Source: Deltaproteobacteria bacterium (lineage in GTDB: Bacteria; Desulfobacterota_D; UBA1144; Nemesobacterales; CSP1-2). From it: a DNA stretch of 64,000 nucleotides. The notes under the pieces are model-generated. The model had not been told where the DNA came from. It searched no databases and was given only the letters and a program-made list of their open reading frames with translations. Numbering within the stretch: position 1 is the stretch's first letter; every line of letters begins with the position of its first letter. Position numbers and translations under genes: made by a program. Below, piece by piece: positions 39,279 through 49,433 of this stretch. Location: NCBI GenBank assembly GCA_052390235.1, contig JBQTHB010000002.1, positions 320,001 through 384,000 on the forward strand. Direction: 5' to 3'.

Positions 39279-41102
39279 CTACAAATACCCAAGCCGCCGT
39301 TTTAGCTCCTCGGCGGTTTTTTTTGTCATCTGCGGGAGGGAGGAAATCTGCTCAACCGATGCCGCCTTGATGCCCTCGATGCTTCCGAATCTCTTGAGGA
39401 GTAGCTCCTTCCGCCTCCCTCCGATGCCCGGAATCGAGTCAAGCTCGGATTCAAGAGCCTTCCTGCCCCGAAGCGTTTTGTGATAGGTGATGGCGAATCT
39501 GTGCGCCTCATCCCGAATCCGTATGAGCAGGAGTAGCTCCTCGGCTCTTGCGCCTAGGGAGAGCGGATTTTTCCTTCCTGGGACGTAGATTTTATCAATT
39601 TCGCCCTCGTCTCTGCCCTTCGCAATGGACGCAATGGCGACATTATCCTCGAGATTCGCCTCTTCGAGAGCCGCTTTGGCAACTGCGAGCTGTCCCTTGC
39701 CCCCGTCAATTAACATCAGCCCCGGAAGCCCCCATCCCGCCTCATTTGCCCTCTTCAGCCGCCTTGAAATCGCCTCAAAGAGCATCCCGTAGTCGTTTGC
39801 TCCGACGACGGTTTTAATCCTGAATTTTCTGTAGCGCGGCTTATCGGGCTTCCCATCGAGAAAACTCACCATTGAGGCTACGGCAAGGGCGCCTTGCGTG
39901 TTCGATATATCGAAGCACTCGATTCTTGACGGCGCTTGGTCGAGCAGGAGTGAATCCCTCAATTTCAGCAATAGTTCGGATTCGCTTCGCCTCTCGCGGG
40001 ATTTGCGCTTAAAACTCTCCTGGGCGTTTCTTCGGGCAAGTTCCATGAGTTTCACCCTTGCCCCTCGCTTTGGGGCGGCGATTTTAACTGCCCTGCCCAA
40101 TTTCTCGGATAATAATCCCTCAAGCTCCGAAACCCCCTCGAATTCAGCGGGAACGAGAATTTCGGGCGGAATAAACTTCTCCCCTCCGTAGAACCGCTCC
40201 AGAAATTCCCTTAATATCTCCCCATCCTCCCACGCCGCCTTATCAAACGAGTATTCGGCTTTGTCAATTATCGCCCCGCCGCGCGAGAACAGGACGACAA
40301 ACTCCACGCGCTCGCCCTCTCTGCAGTATCCCACAATGTCCTTATCGGTAACGCTTGCCGAGATGAGCCGCTCTACGTCTAAGTGCTTCTGTAGGAGTTT
40401 TATTTGGTCTCTGTAGTGTGCGGCGTCTTCATAGCGCATATCGTCCGAGGCTGATGCCATGTTTTTTTTAAGCAGTTTTATCACCTCGCGGATTTCGCCC
40501 TTGAGGAAAAGGCGGGCGGCGCTGGCAATTTCCCTGTAGCTCTGCTCATTGATTTTTGCGGCGCAGGGGGCGGCGCAGGTTTTGATGTGAAAATTGAGGC
40601 AGGGCCTGTCTCTGTGGCGGTGGAATTTCTCATCCGAGCAGTCGCGGAGGGGAAAAATTCTATGTATCAGCCGTTTTGTCTGCCTCATCGCGTCCCCAGA
40701 TGCGAAAGGGCCAAAGTACGTGGCTCCGTCGGGGGCGACGCGCCTTGTGTAGGTGAGCTTGGCGAATTGCGCGCGCGGGGGGTCTAATCTCAAAGACGCG
40801 TAGTTTTTATCGTCCTTGAGGAGGATGTTGTACTTGGGTTTATGCTTTTTTATTAGGGCGTTCTCAAGCGCTAGGGCTTCGCGCTCGCTTCCCGTAACTA
40901 GGTAGTCGAGGTCGGTTATCTCGCTTAGAATATAGGGGATTTGGGGGCGTGCGTCGCCTGAGCCGCGTTGAAAGTACGACCGGACTCGGTGGCGTATGCT
41001 CTTTGCCTTGCCAATATAAATCGCCGCGCCTTGGGAGTTTTTCATGAGATATACCCCTGTGGAGTCGGGAAGGGATTTCAGCAATTCGGGGATTATGGGC
41101 AT
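39279..41102 (-). CDS. uvrC: Excinuclease ABC subunit C
   Basis: GVYLM..YIGKAK GIY-YIG, ECFDIS, DGGKGQ, RDEAHRFA, HhH. Confidence 0.97.
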   Translation of the reverse strand: MPIIPELLKSLPDSTGVYLMKNSQGAAIYIGKAKSIRHRVRSYFQRGSGDARPQIPYILSEITDLDYLVTGSEREALALENALIKKHKPKYNILLKDDKNYASLRLDPPRAQFAKLTYTRRVAPDGATYFGPFASGDAMRQTKRLIHRIFPLRDCSDEKFHRHRDRPCLNFHIKTCAAPCAAKINEQSYREIASAARLFLKGEIREVIKLLKKNMASASDDMRYEDAAHYRDQIKLLQKHLDVERLISASVTDKDIVGYCREGERVEFVVLFSRGGAIIDKAEYSFDKAAWEDGEILREFLERFYGGEKFIPPEILVPAEFEGVSELEGLLSEKLGRAVKIAAPKRGARVKLMELARRNAQESFKRKSRERRSESELLLKLRDSLLLDQAPSRIECFDISNTQGALAVASMVSFLDGKPDKPRYRKFRIKTVVGANDYGMLFEAISRRLKRANEAGWGLPGLMLIDGGKGQLAVAKAALEEANLEDNVAIASIAKGRDEGEIDKIYVPGRKNPLSLGARAEELLLLIRIRDEAHRFAITYHKTLRGRKALESELDSIPGIGGRRKELLLKRFGSIEGIKAASVEQISSLPQMTKKTAEELKRRLGYL

Positions 41103-41258
41103 GGGAGATATTCTATACGATTTCTGGGCGCAGGGGATTAGCCCATGTCGGGGAGCAGATAGAGCGCGCAAATATCTCATTAATTGCAAGCGTTTAGATA
41201 CGTATCTCTAATTAGAATGATTAATCCTCAGGGCGGAGTGCGCCAGAGGTTTGAGAAT

Positions 41259-41344
41259 TGCCCGGGGCCGGGGTCGAACCGGCACGGGCCGTGAAGCCCA
41301 TTGGATTTTAAGTCCAATGCGTCTGCCTATTTCGCCACCCGGGC
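41259..41344 (-). tRNA. tRNA-Leu(TAA), long variable arm, CCA not encoded
   Basis: Cloverleaf GCCCGGG acceptor, TTGGA-CTTAAAA-TCCAA anticodon arm, GGTTCGA T-loop. Confidence 0.95.
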
Positions 41345-41355
41345 TTGGGATTTTT

Positions 41356-41430
41356 TGGAGGCGGCGCCCGGAATCGAACCGGGGTATTGCGGTTTTGCAG
41401 ACCGCTGCCTTACCTCTTGGCTACGCCGCC
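41356..41430 (-). tRNA. tRNA-Cys(GCA), CCA encoded
   Basis: GGCGGCG acceptor, GCGGT-CTGCAAA-ACCGC anticodon arm, GGTTCGATTCC, TCCA end. Confidence 0.96.
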
Positions 41431-41663
41431 CCATAAAAATTGAGAATACTATTTTGACCTACTTACAAACCCTTTTCAAGGTGATTGTTGAAATCGTCCT
41501 CCGAAGCCCTAAGGGGAGTTTCCCTATCTATACCGTCATGAGGCGCGGCCAAGTCCGAGGGAATCGAAGTGATTCGTCTCGGAGCGGATTTCCCAACCTT
41601 TAAAATTCACTGCCAACTGGATTTAACTTGCAGATTGAAAACTTATTCAGTTGAGAAAATACC

Positions 41664-41691
41664 TTGACAGAGTTTGTGATTATGATATAAA
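41664..41691 (+). promoter_or_regulatory. Sigma70-type promoter of act operon
   Basis: TTGACA-N16-TATAAA with TGn extension. Confidence 0.55.
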
Positions 41692-41765
41692 TACTAGCGT
41701 TTTTTAGCGGTTCTTTTGAACATTCCGAAATATACTTCACAAGTTTAGAGTCAAAGGGAATAGAG

Positions 41766-42335
41766 ATGAGAAAATGGGTGAAAATTCTGCCGTTTGTACT
41801 GCTTGCCGTTGTAGCTCCCCTAGGGTTTTATTTCTATCCGAAAGCCGAAAGTAGCCCCAAAGGACCTCAGCAACCCATAGTATTTAGCCACAAAATACAC
41901 GCCACAGAAAATCAAATTCCCTGCCAGTACTGCCACAGCTACGTCGGCAAGGCGGAGCTTCCTGGGATTCCATCAATGCAGAAATGTATGGGATGCCACA
42001 CTCAGGTTGCCGGACAGGACGTGGATTACGAGTACGAGGGCGGAAAAATCAATATCAAACAGGAAATTCAGAAGCTGAGAGACTATTGGGATAAAAAGAC
42101 CCCTATCGCGTGGACTAAGGTTCATTATCTGCCGGAACACGTTCATTTCAATCACAAACGCCACATTAAACGCGGTTTTGAGTGCAAGACCTGCCACGGA
42201 GAGGTCGAGAAAATGGACGTCGTCCATCGCGTTAATAAACTTGAGATGGGCTGGTGTATAGGCTGCCACACGGAAAACGCCAAGAACGAGCAGGAGTTAA
42301 CTCAGCTTAGAGATTGCCTGACCTGTCATTATTAA
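41766..42335 (+). CDS. actA: Alternative complex III pentaheme cytochrome c
   Basis: N-terminal TM, QPIVFSHKIH, five CxxCH. Confidence 0.9.
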   Translation: MRKWVKILPFVLLAVVAPLGFYFYPKAESSPKGPQQPIVFSHKIHATENQIPCQYCHSYVGKAELPGIPSMQKCMGCHTQVAGQDVDYEYEGGKINIKQEIQKLRDYWDKKTPIAWTKVHYLPEHVHFNHKRHIKRGFECKTCHGEVEKMDVVHRVNKLEMGWCIGCHTENAKNEQELTQLRDCLTCHY

Positions 42336-42347
42336 GTTGGAGGAGAA

Positions 42348-45300
42348 ATGTCTGAGAAGAAGAAGGGCGGAATTAAAAGAAGAGACTTCCTGAAAATTAT
42401 AGGGGTTGCCGGAGGCACGGCGGCTGTAGCCGGGGCTTGCTCTTCAGAGCCTGTTGACCAAATCATTCCCTACGTTATCCCGCCGGAAGACCTCATTCCA
42501 GGTATCCCTAAGTGGTTTGCAAGCACCTGTACGGAGTGTTCTGCGGGTTGCGGCATCGTCGTGAAGAACCGCGAGGGCAGGGCGATAAAAGTTGAGGGAA
42601 ATCCGAAGAACCCGATAAACGCAGGCACTCTTTGCGCAATGGGGCAGGCATCCCTCCAGGGGCTCTACAACCCAGACCGCACCCGCTCGCCGCTTGCGAA
42701 AAACGCATCTGGCAAGCACGAGCCTATAAAATGGGACGCCGCCGAAAAAACCCTCGCCGATAGGATTAAAAAACTCCAAGCCGAGGGGAAATCCGATAAA
42801 ATTGTCTTTCTCACCAATAGCGTCTCAGGCAGTATGGAAAAGCTCATTAAGTCGTGGCTCGCCGCCCTTGGAGGCGGTGGTTCTACCGTGTCCGCTGGCG
42901 TCCTCAGCGAGAGCGAAGGGCTGACCGAGAGCGGACTGACCCAGGTATCAAAGAGCGGAAAGCACATAACCTATGAGACTTTCGCCCATGAACCAATAGC
43001 CGAGGCAAACCGCATCTCCTTTGGCTTGGCTAAAATCCCGACCTATAACCTCGAAAAAGCAAAATATATCCTATCCTTCGGGGCGGATTTCCTTGAGACA
43101 TGGCTCTCTCCCACGGAATACGCCGCTAAATTCACCCAATCCCATAGCTATAGAGACGGGAGCATGGGCAAGCTCGTGCAGGTCGAGCCTAGAACCTCCC
43201 TTGCCGGTGTCAACGCCGATGAATGGGTGGCGATAAAGCCGGGAGCGGACGTATTCCTCGCCCTAGCAGTGGCAAATGTCATCGTGAGCGAGGGGCTGAA
43301 TAGCTCTTCAGTAGATGAAGCCATCAGGACGCTCCTCGGAAACTACGATGCCGCGAAGGCTTCAACCCTCACCGGGGTGTCCGAGGATAAAATACGGCAG
43401 ATTGCAAAGGAATTCGCCTCTGCGCCGAGCATAGCCATAGGCGGGGGAGCGGCTACCACCGCTACGAACGCTACTGAAACCCTAGTGGCGATAAATATTC
43501 TCAACTACGTCGCTGGAAATATCGGGGACACTCTGGATTTTGCAAAGAGCCTAACCATAACCGACGCGGCGTCATTCAGAGATATGGGCGCGCTTGCCAA
43601 GGCGATGTCCGCGGGCGATGTTGAACTGCTCCTAGTGTCCGGCGTGAACCCGCTGTTTACCCTTCCCAAGTCGCTTAAATTTGACGAGGCTATGAAGAGA
43701 GTCCCCTACGTGGTGAGTTTCTCCAGCTTCATGGATGAAACGGCGGCGGCGGCGCACTTGATTCTTCCAGACATAACAAATCTCGAGAGATGGGGAGACT
43801 ACGCGCCTAGGGACGGCGTCTATGGACTAATTCAACCGGCTATGAATACGGTGAACCTGTTCAACGCAAAGCCAATGGGCGATGTGATGCTCTCGGTGAG
43901 CAAGCAGATTGACTCGATAAAAGAGGGATTTGCGTGGAAGGATTTTTATGAATATCTAAGAGATGAGTGGAAAAACAGCGTTATGCCGGCCGTTGCCCCC
44001 GGAAGCGATTTCGACTCGTTCTGGGCTGAATGTGTGCAGAACGGCGGAATTTACCGAGAACCCGCGCCGATTGCCGTGAGTCTGTCCTCTGGGGTTTCAG
44101 ATGTGGCGTTCCCGCCGGCTAGATTCGAGGGCGCGGGCGATGTGTATTTTGTCGCCTATCCCTCGTCCAGATACTATGACGGCAGAGGGGCAAATAAGCC
44201 CTGGCTTCAGGAGCTTCCAGACCCTATAACGACGGCAGTCTGGGATTCTTGGGCTGAGATTCACCCTGACATGGCGCACAGGCTCGGCGTTGAAGAGGGG
44301 GATTTCCTATCAATTGAGTCTCCTTATGGAAAAATCGAGACTCAGGCGTTCGTCTATAAGGGCGTGAGGCCCGACACCATTGCCGTTCCCATAGGTCTTG
44401 GGCATAAAAACTACGGACGCTATGCAGAAAACGTCGGCGTGAACCCGATAGAGATATTGCCCTCCGCAGTTGACGAGAGGTCGGGCGGCTTTGCTTGGCT
44501 TTCGGCAATGGTAAAGGTTTCGAAAACAGGAAAATCTAAGAAGCTCGTAAAGACCCAATATACGCTCTCCCAGTTCGATAGGAAAATTGCGCAGTCAACG
44601 ACTCTGGCCGAGATTAAGGGCGGACATCACGGAGAGCATCACGAAGAGATTGGAGAAGGCGGCTATGGATTATATAAACCCCATGAGCATATAAACTACC
44701 GCTGGGGAATGACGATAGACCTGTCTAAGTGTACGGGTTGTGGCTCCTGCGTTACGGCTTGCTACGCCGAGAACAACATTGCCATCGTCGGAAAGGATCA
44801 GGTTTCGAGAGGGCGCTACATGGGCTGGCTAAGGATTGAGCGCTTCTTCGAGGATACACCTGACGGCGGCTTCGACACGAAATTTCTCCCCATGCTCTGC
44901 CAGCACTGCGACAACGCCCCATGCGAGCCTGTATGCCCGGTCTATGCCACCTATCACAACCACGAGGGGCTCAACGTTATGGTCTATAACCGTTGCGTTG
45001 GCACGAGGTACTGCTCAAACAACTGCACCTACAAGGTCAGGAGATTTAACTGGTATATGTACAAGTGGGCTGAGCCTCTTAACTGGCAACTCAACCCGGA
45101 TGTTACTGTGAGAAGCGTGGGGGTGATGGAGAAATGCACTTTCTGCTCTCATAGAATTGTTCAAGCCAAGGATCACGCCAAGGACGAGGGAAGGCTCCTG
45201 AGGGACGGGGAATTCAACGTCGCCTGCGCCCAGGCTTGCGCGTCTAAGGCGATAGTGTTCGGCAATTTAATGGACTCGGAAAGCGCCGTTTCCCGCTCAT

Positions 45301-45392
45301 TGGATGAACACAGAGGGTATCACGTTCTCAATGAGGTTAATACGAAACCTTCGATTACATATCTAAAAAAAGTGAAGCAGGATAGGGCATAA
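42348..45392 (+). CDS. actB: Alternative complex III molybdopterin-oxidoreductase-like/Fe-S subunit
   Basis: Tat lipoprotein signal KRRDFLK..AGAC; WLQELPDP; four C-terminal Fe-S motifs incl. CVGTRYC. Confidence 0.92.
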   Translation: MSEKKKGGIKRRDFLKIIGVAGGTAAVAGACSSEPVDQIIPYVIPPEDLIPGIPKWFASTCTECSAGCGIVVKNREGRAIKVEGNPKNPINAGTLCAMGQASLQGLYNPDRTRSPLAKNASGKHEPIKWDAAEKTLADRIKKLQAEGKSDKIVFLTNSVSGSMEKLIKSWLAALGGGGSTVSAGVLSESEGLTESGLTQVSKSGKHITYETFAHEPIAEANRISFGLAKIPTYNLEKAKYILSFGADFLETWLSPTEYAAKFTQSHSYRDGSMGKLVQVEPRTSLAGVNADEWVAIKPGADVFLALAVANVIVSEGLNSSSVDEAIRTLLGNYDAAKASTLTGVSEDKIRQIAKEFASAPSIAIGGGAATTATNATETLVAINILNYVAGNIGDTLDFAKSLTITDAASFRDMGALAKAMSAGDVELLLVSGVNPLFTLPKSLKFDEAMKRVPYVVSFSSFMDETAAAAHLILPDITNLERWGDYAPRDGVYGLIQPAMNTVNLFNAKPMGDVMLSVSKQIDSIKEGFAWKDFYEYLRDEWKNSVMPAVAPGSDFDSFWAECVQNGGIYREPAPIAVSLSSGVSDVAFPPARFEGAGDVYFVAYPSSRYYDGRGANKPWLQELPDPITTAVWDSWAEIHPDMAHRLGVEEGDFLSIESPYGKIETQAFVYKGVRPDTIAVPIGLGHKNYGRYAENVGVNPIEILPSAVDERSGGFAWLSAMVKVSKTGKSKKLVKTQYTLSQFDRKIAQSTTLAEIKGGHHGEHHEEIGEGGYGLYKPHEHINYRWGMTIDLSKCTGCGSCVTACYAENNIAIVGKDQVSRGRYMGWLRIERFFEDTPDGGFDTKFLPMLCQHCDNAPCEPVCPVYATYHNHEGLNVMVYNRCVGTRYCSNNCTYKVRRFNWYMYKWAEPLNWQLNPDVTVRSVGVMEKCTFCSHRIVQAKDHAKDEGRLLRDGEFNVACAQACASKAIVFGNLMDSESAVSRSLDEHRGYHVLNEVNTKPSITYLKKVKQDRA

Positions 45393-46732
45393 TGAGCGAA
45401 GAAACTACCACACTAACTTACGCTAAGGTAAACCGCGACATAATACGGATGCTGGATAAGCCGGGCAATAAGTGGCTTGCGCTGTTTCTGTTTGACCTCG
45501 CCGTGCTTGCCATCGGTATAGGTTGCTTTATATATCAGGTCAGCACGGGGCTGGGCGTTGCGGGCTACGGTCATCCGGTTTTTTGGGCTATCTACATTAC
45601 AAACTTCGTTTTCTGGGTTGGTATCGCTCACTCAGGCACTCTCATCTCGGCGATTTTATTTTTATTTCGGGCGAGATTCCGATTGTCAATATACCGAATA
45701 GCCGAGGCGATGACCGTTTTTGCCGTTGCTACGGCGGGTCTGTTCCCGATAATACACCTTGGCAGACCGTGGAATTTCTACTGGCTTCTGCCGTATCCGA
45801 ACCAGAGGGAGCTTTGGGTGAATTTTAAATCCCCTCTGCTTTGGGACGTTTTCGCCGTAAGCACTTACGCGACGGTCAGCACGGTGTTCTTTTTCGTGGG
45901 AATGATTCCCGACCTCGCCGCTATAAGAGACTCGGCTAAAGATAATCTAAGAAAGAAGATATACACTTTTCTCTCCCTTGGATGGAAAGGGTCGAACTGG
46001 GAATGGCTGCACTACACGAGAGCTTATTTGTACTTCGCCGCCTTCGCCACTCCGCTAGTTATCTCGGTTCACAGCGTTGTGTCTTGGGACTTTGCCATGG
46101 CGAACACCCCTGGATGGCACACAACGATATTTCCCCCCTACTTCGTAGCCGGAGCTATTTTCTCTGGGCTAGGAATGGTTATAACGCTCGTCGTTCCAAT
46201 TAGAAAGATATTTCATCTGGAAGAGTACATTACGGTTGACAATTTCGAGGGTATGGCAAAGCTGATAATTCTCACCTCGACTATAGTCGGCTACGCCTAC
46301 GGAGTTGAGTTCTTTATGGCGTGGTACAGCAGCAACCCTCATGAGTGGGGACAGTTTCTCTACAGGGCAACCGGCGACTACGCGCTCTTTTATTGGATAA
46401 TGGTCGTCTGTAACGTGTTTATCCCTCTGGCGCTGTGGTTTAAGAAAGTGCGCACGAACATAAAGGCTCTTTTCGTAATATCGCTTTTCATCAACATAGG
46501 AATGTGGTTTGAGAGGTTTAACATTATTGTTATATCCCTGTCTCATGAGTTTGACCCCGGCGCATGGGGATTTTATAAACCCACTTGGGTTGAACTTGGA
46601 ATTACGGCAGGGAGTTTTGCTTGGTTCTTCATGTTTTTCTTGATATTTATTAAGACGCTTCCTGCGCTTTCGATTTCAGAGCTAAAAGAGGCTCTTCCGG
46701 CGCCGATGAAGAAGAAGGGAGAAGGGAAATGA
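45392..46732 (+). CDS. actC: Alternative complex III NrfD-like quinol-binding subunit
   Basis: NFVFWVGIAHSGTLISA, HLGRPW, SVHSVVSWDF, GWHTTIFPPYFVAGA. Confidence 0.94.
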   Translation: MSEETTTLTYAKVNRDIIRMLDKPGNKWLALFLFDLAVLAIGIGCFIYQVSTGLGVAGYGHPVFWAIYITNFVFWVGIAHSGTLISAILFLFRARFRLSIYRIAEAMTVFAVATAGLFPIIHLGRPWNFYWLLPYPNQRELWVNFKSPLLWDVFAVSTYATVSTVFFFVGMIPDLAAIRDSAKDNLRKKIYTFLSLGWKGSNWEWLHYTRAYLYFAAFATPLVISVHSVVSWDFAMANTPGWHTTIFPPYFVAGAIFSGLGMVITLVVPIRKIFHLEEYITVDNFEGMAKLIILTSTIVGYAYGVEFFMAWYSSNPHEWGQFLYRATGDYALFYWIMVVCNVFIPLALWFKKVRTNIKALFVISLFINIGMWFERFNIIVISLSHEFDPGAWGFYKPTWVELGITAGSFAWFFMFFLIFIKTLPALSISELKEALPAPMKKKGEGK

Positions 46733-47241
46733 CAAAGAAGCAAGGTGTGATTGGGGTTTTCTCTTACGTCGATAGCGCTCTGGACGCGGTTAGAAAACTA
46801 AAGAAAGCAGGCTTCAGCGACATTAGGGTTTTCTCTCCCGTCCCTAACCATGAGATAGAAGACGAGTTGAAAGAGAGCGAGAGCATCGTGAGGTTTTTTA
46901 CTCTCACCGGAGCGACTGTCGGGGCGCTTTGCGGACTAGGTTTTACGATATTGACCTCTCTTGCCTGGCCCATACATGTCAGCGCTAAGCCAATTGTTTC
47001 GATTCCGCCATTTATGATTATCGTGTTCGAGCTGGCGGTTCTCCTAGGCGCGCTGTCGAATTTTGTTGGGCTTTTGATTAATTCTCGTCTGCGCAATAAC
47101 GCTCCCGTAGCGCTTTACGATGAGAGATTCTCGGATGATAAATTCGGAGTCGCGGTTGTATGCACCGACGGAACTATGGCTAGGGTTCAGGATATATTGC
47201 AATCGTCCGGCGCCGAGGACGTAAAATTTGAAGGTGTGTAG
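46729..47241 (+). CDS. actD: Alternative complex III subunit D (DUF3341)
   Basis: FSPVP, two TM helices, PPF..FELAVL, FSDDKF. Confidence 0.9.
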   Translation: MTKKQGVIGVFSYVDSALDAVRKLKKAGFSDIRVFSPVPNHEIEDELKESESIVRFFTLTGATVGALCGLGFTILTSLAWPIHVSAKPIVSIPPFMIIVFELAVLLGALSNFVGLLINSRLRNNAPVALYDERFSDDKFGVAVVCTDGTMARVQDILQSSGAEDVKFEGV

Positions 47242-47295
47242 CGGAAAACCCCGGCGTTTTGTTCTCTCCACCTGCGCTAAGGAGGTAATACAGGC

Positions 47296-47799
47296 TTGAT
47301 TACTTCGGGATTAAAAAAACTACTGATGACTGCTGTATTTTCGACTCTCGTGGCAGGCGCGGCGCATTCCATGCCGTGGTCAACCGATATGTTTGAACAA
47401 CCCTCGGTTCAGCCCTACGAGATGCCGCTTTCCAACCCTAAACACTCTATTCCGACAACCGGACGTTCCGCTCAGGTTAAGGACAGAGAGAAAATCGAGG
47501 CGATAGTCGAAAATCCGCACAAGCCCACTGAGGCTTCGCTAAAGCACGGGGAGGAGTTATTCGGGGTTTATTGCGTTGTCTGCCATGGCACTGCCGGAAA
47601 GGGGGATGGCCCGGTGATAAAGAAGGGATTCTACCCGGTTGACTTGACTGCGCCAGGCGTGCAGGGGCGAACAGAGGGCTATATATACGGCTACATACGC
47701 TTCGGGGGTAAGGTAATGATGCCGAGCTATGGCGAGAGCATGACCTCGGAAGAGGCGTGGGATGTTGTGAATTATGTGAGGAAGCTTCAGGGCAAATAA
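47296..47799 (+). CDS. actE: Alternative complex III monoheme cytochrome c
   Basis: DMFEQPS, CVVCHG..GDG, MPSYG. Confidence 0.88.
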   Translation: MITSGLKKLLMTAVFSTLVAGAAHSMPWSTDMFEQPSVQPYEMPLSNPKHSIPTTGRSAQVKDREKIEAIVENPHKPTEASLKHGEELFGVYCVVCHGTAGKGDGPVIKKGFYPVDLTAPGVQGRTEGYIYGYIRFGGKVMMPSYGESMTSEEAWDVVNYVRKLQGK

Positions 47800-47831
47800 C
47801 TCAAAACATTACAGAGGAGTTGGTAAATAAA

Positions 47832-49076
47832 ATGGACGAGAGAGTTAGAGACGAGATTTTATCAAAGAGGCCGAAGCTTCCGAAATTGCTCTTTTTAGTT
47901 CTGCTGGGGGTTGTAATAGCAGGCGTTTACACGTTCATCTCCCAAATCGGCGGGGAAAACCCCGATGAGGCTTGGCAGATTTATCTCATAAATTTCGTCT
48001 TCTGGGCTGGAGTCGCTCAGGCGGGAATTATATTCTCCTGCGCTCTGAGGGTAGCTCAGGGGAGGTGGGGAAGGCCTCTTCTGAGGGTCGCCGAGGCGTT
48101 AGGCTCGTTTATTCCGGTGTCTTTTATTCTGCTTCTCATCCTCCTATTCTACGGCAGGGACACTCTCCTGCCTTATGCCACGGAGCATTATCATCACCCC
48201 AAAGACATTTGGCTCGATATGTCTTTCGTTACATGGCGGCATATTATAGTGTTCTCGCTTCTCTTTATCGTCAGCCTCAGATATCTGTACTTCTCGCTTA
48301 GGCAGGACTTAGGGGGCGCGAAAAATTTATCTGGAATGTCCGGCTGGATAGCCTCGGGCTGGCGGGGCGAGGAAGACAGGAAAAATTGCTGGTCGAAGCT
48401 CACCCGGCTTGCGCCGCTTACGGCTCTGCTCTATGCAGCTGCCTTTAGCCTCATTGCTTGGGATTTTATGATGTCTCTCCATCCGCACTGGTTCAGCACT
48501 CTGTTTGGTCCATACTACTTCATAGCGAGCCTCCTTGCCGCTATGGGCGCGACTATCATCCTCTCGATAATGGTCAGAAAGCACCTCAATCTGCAAGAAT
48601 ACATCACTCAGCACCAGTACTACGACATCGGGAAACTGTTTCTCGGCTTCTCAATGTTCTGGGTCTATCTCATGTTCTCGCAGTTCCTAGCAATTTGGTA
48701 CGCCAATATGCCGGAGGAAACGGGTTTCGTTATAGACCGAGTGAGGCAGGAGCCGTTTAAGACCATCTCTTGGGCTGTGGTTTCGTGTTGCTTCTTCTTC
48801 CCATTTGTGTCCCTTATCCCGCGCACCACGAAAGTCGTAATGCCGATGCTCGCGTTTGTAGCTTCGGTATCTTTTGTCGGGCTTTGGATTGAGAAGCTGG
48901 TTTTAATCGTCCCCTCGTTTTCCACAGAGGTTACGTTTGGTCTCCCTCACGTATTGATAACGCTTGGATTTCTTGCGGGATTTATTATTACTTTCCTGCT
49001 CTTTGTAAGGGCTTTCCCGATGATCCCCGTAGGGGACCCGCTGTTTGACGGAAAGGGCGGCTCTCATCATCACTAA
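47832..49076 (+). CDS. actF: Alternative complex III subunit F
   Basis: WDFMMSLHPHWFSTLFG, WVYLMFSQFLAIWYANMPEE. Confidence 0.9.
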   Translation: MDERVRDEILSKRPKLPKLLFLVLLGVVIAGVYTFISQIGGENPDEAWQIYLINFVFWAGVAQAGIIFSCALRVAQGRWGRPLLRVAEALGSFIPVSFILLLILLFYGRDTLLPYATEHYHHPKDIWLDMSFVTWRHIIVFSLLFIVSLRYLYFSLRQDLGGAKNLSGMSGWIASGWRGEEDRKNCWSKLTRLAPLTALLYAAAFSLIAWDFMMSLHPHWFSTLFGPYYFIASLLAAMGATIILSIMVRKHLNLQEYITQHQYYDIGKLFLGFSMFWVYLMFSQFLAIWYANMPEETGFVIDRVRQEPFKTISWAVVSCCFFFPFVSLIPRTTKVVMPMLAFVASVSFVGLWIEKLVLIVPSFSTEVTFGLPHVLITLGFLAGFIITFLLFVRAFPMIPVGDPLFDGKGGSHHH

Positions 49077-49090
49077 GGAGAATACTGAAA

Positions 49091-49231
49091 ATGGACGAAT
49101 CAACGGATAAAATCGCCCAGTTTATAATTGTCAATCTGATTTTCGGGGTATTGGGTTTTATCGCTACCATTGTTACTCTGTCTCTTGCCGGTCCGTGTCT
49201 GCCGGGGTTGCTACAACAGCTCCCTTGGTAG
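49091..49231 (+). CDS. 46-aa single-TM protein at end of act operon (below ORF-track cutoff)
   Basis: TAAGGAG RBS; MDESTDKIAQFIIVNLIFGVLGFIATIVTLSLAGPCLPGLLQQLPW*. Confidence 0.7.
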   Translation: MDESTDKIAQFIIVNLIFGVLGFIATIVTLSLAGPCLPGLLQQLPW

Positions 49232-49279
49232 CGGATACGGCCCCGGTTGCCGACGCTTTTTTATCTGATTATACACACC

Positions 49280-49322
49280 GCGCCTCGCCGAAAGGGTCTC
49301 CTTTATAGGCGGGGCGTTTTTG
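49280..49322 (+). terminator. Probable intrinsic terminator of act operon
   Basis: CGCCTCGCC..GGCGGGGCG stem followed by T-tract. Confidence 0.6.
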
Positions 49323-49433
49323 CGTTGGCTTTTGAAATGGCATTATTTACGTTAAGATAGTTTATCTTCTCCGATAATTCGGTTACATTAGATTCATCAA
49401 GCCGAATAGATAAAACTTAGGGGGTAATCAGAG

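Noticed and set aside
41259..41430. tRNAs as island integration site
   Set aside because: No integrase or duplicated tRNA 3' end seen; flanks are core genes
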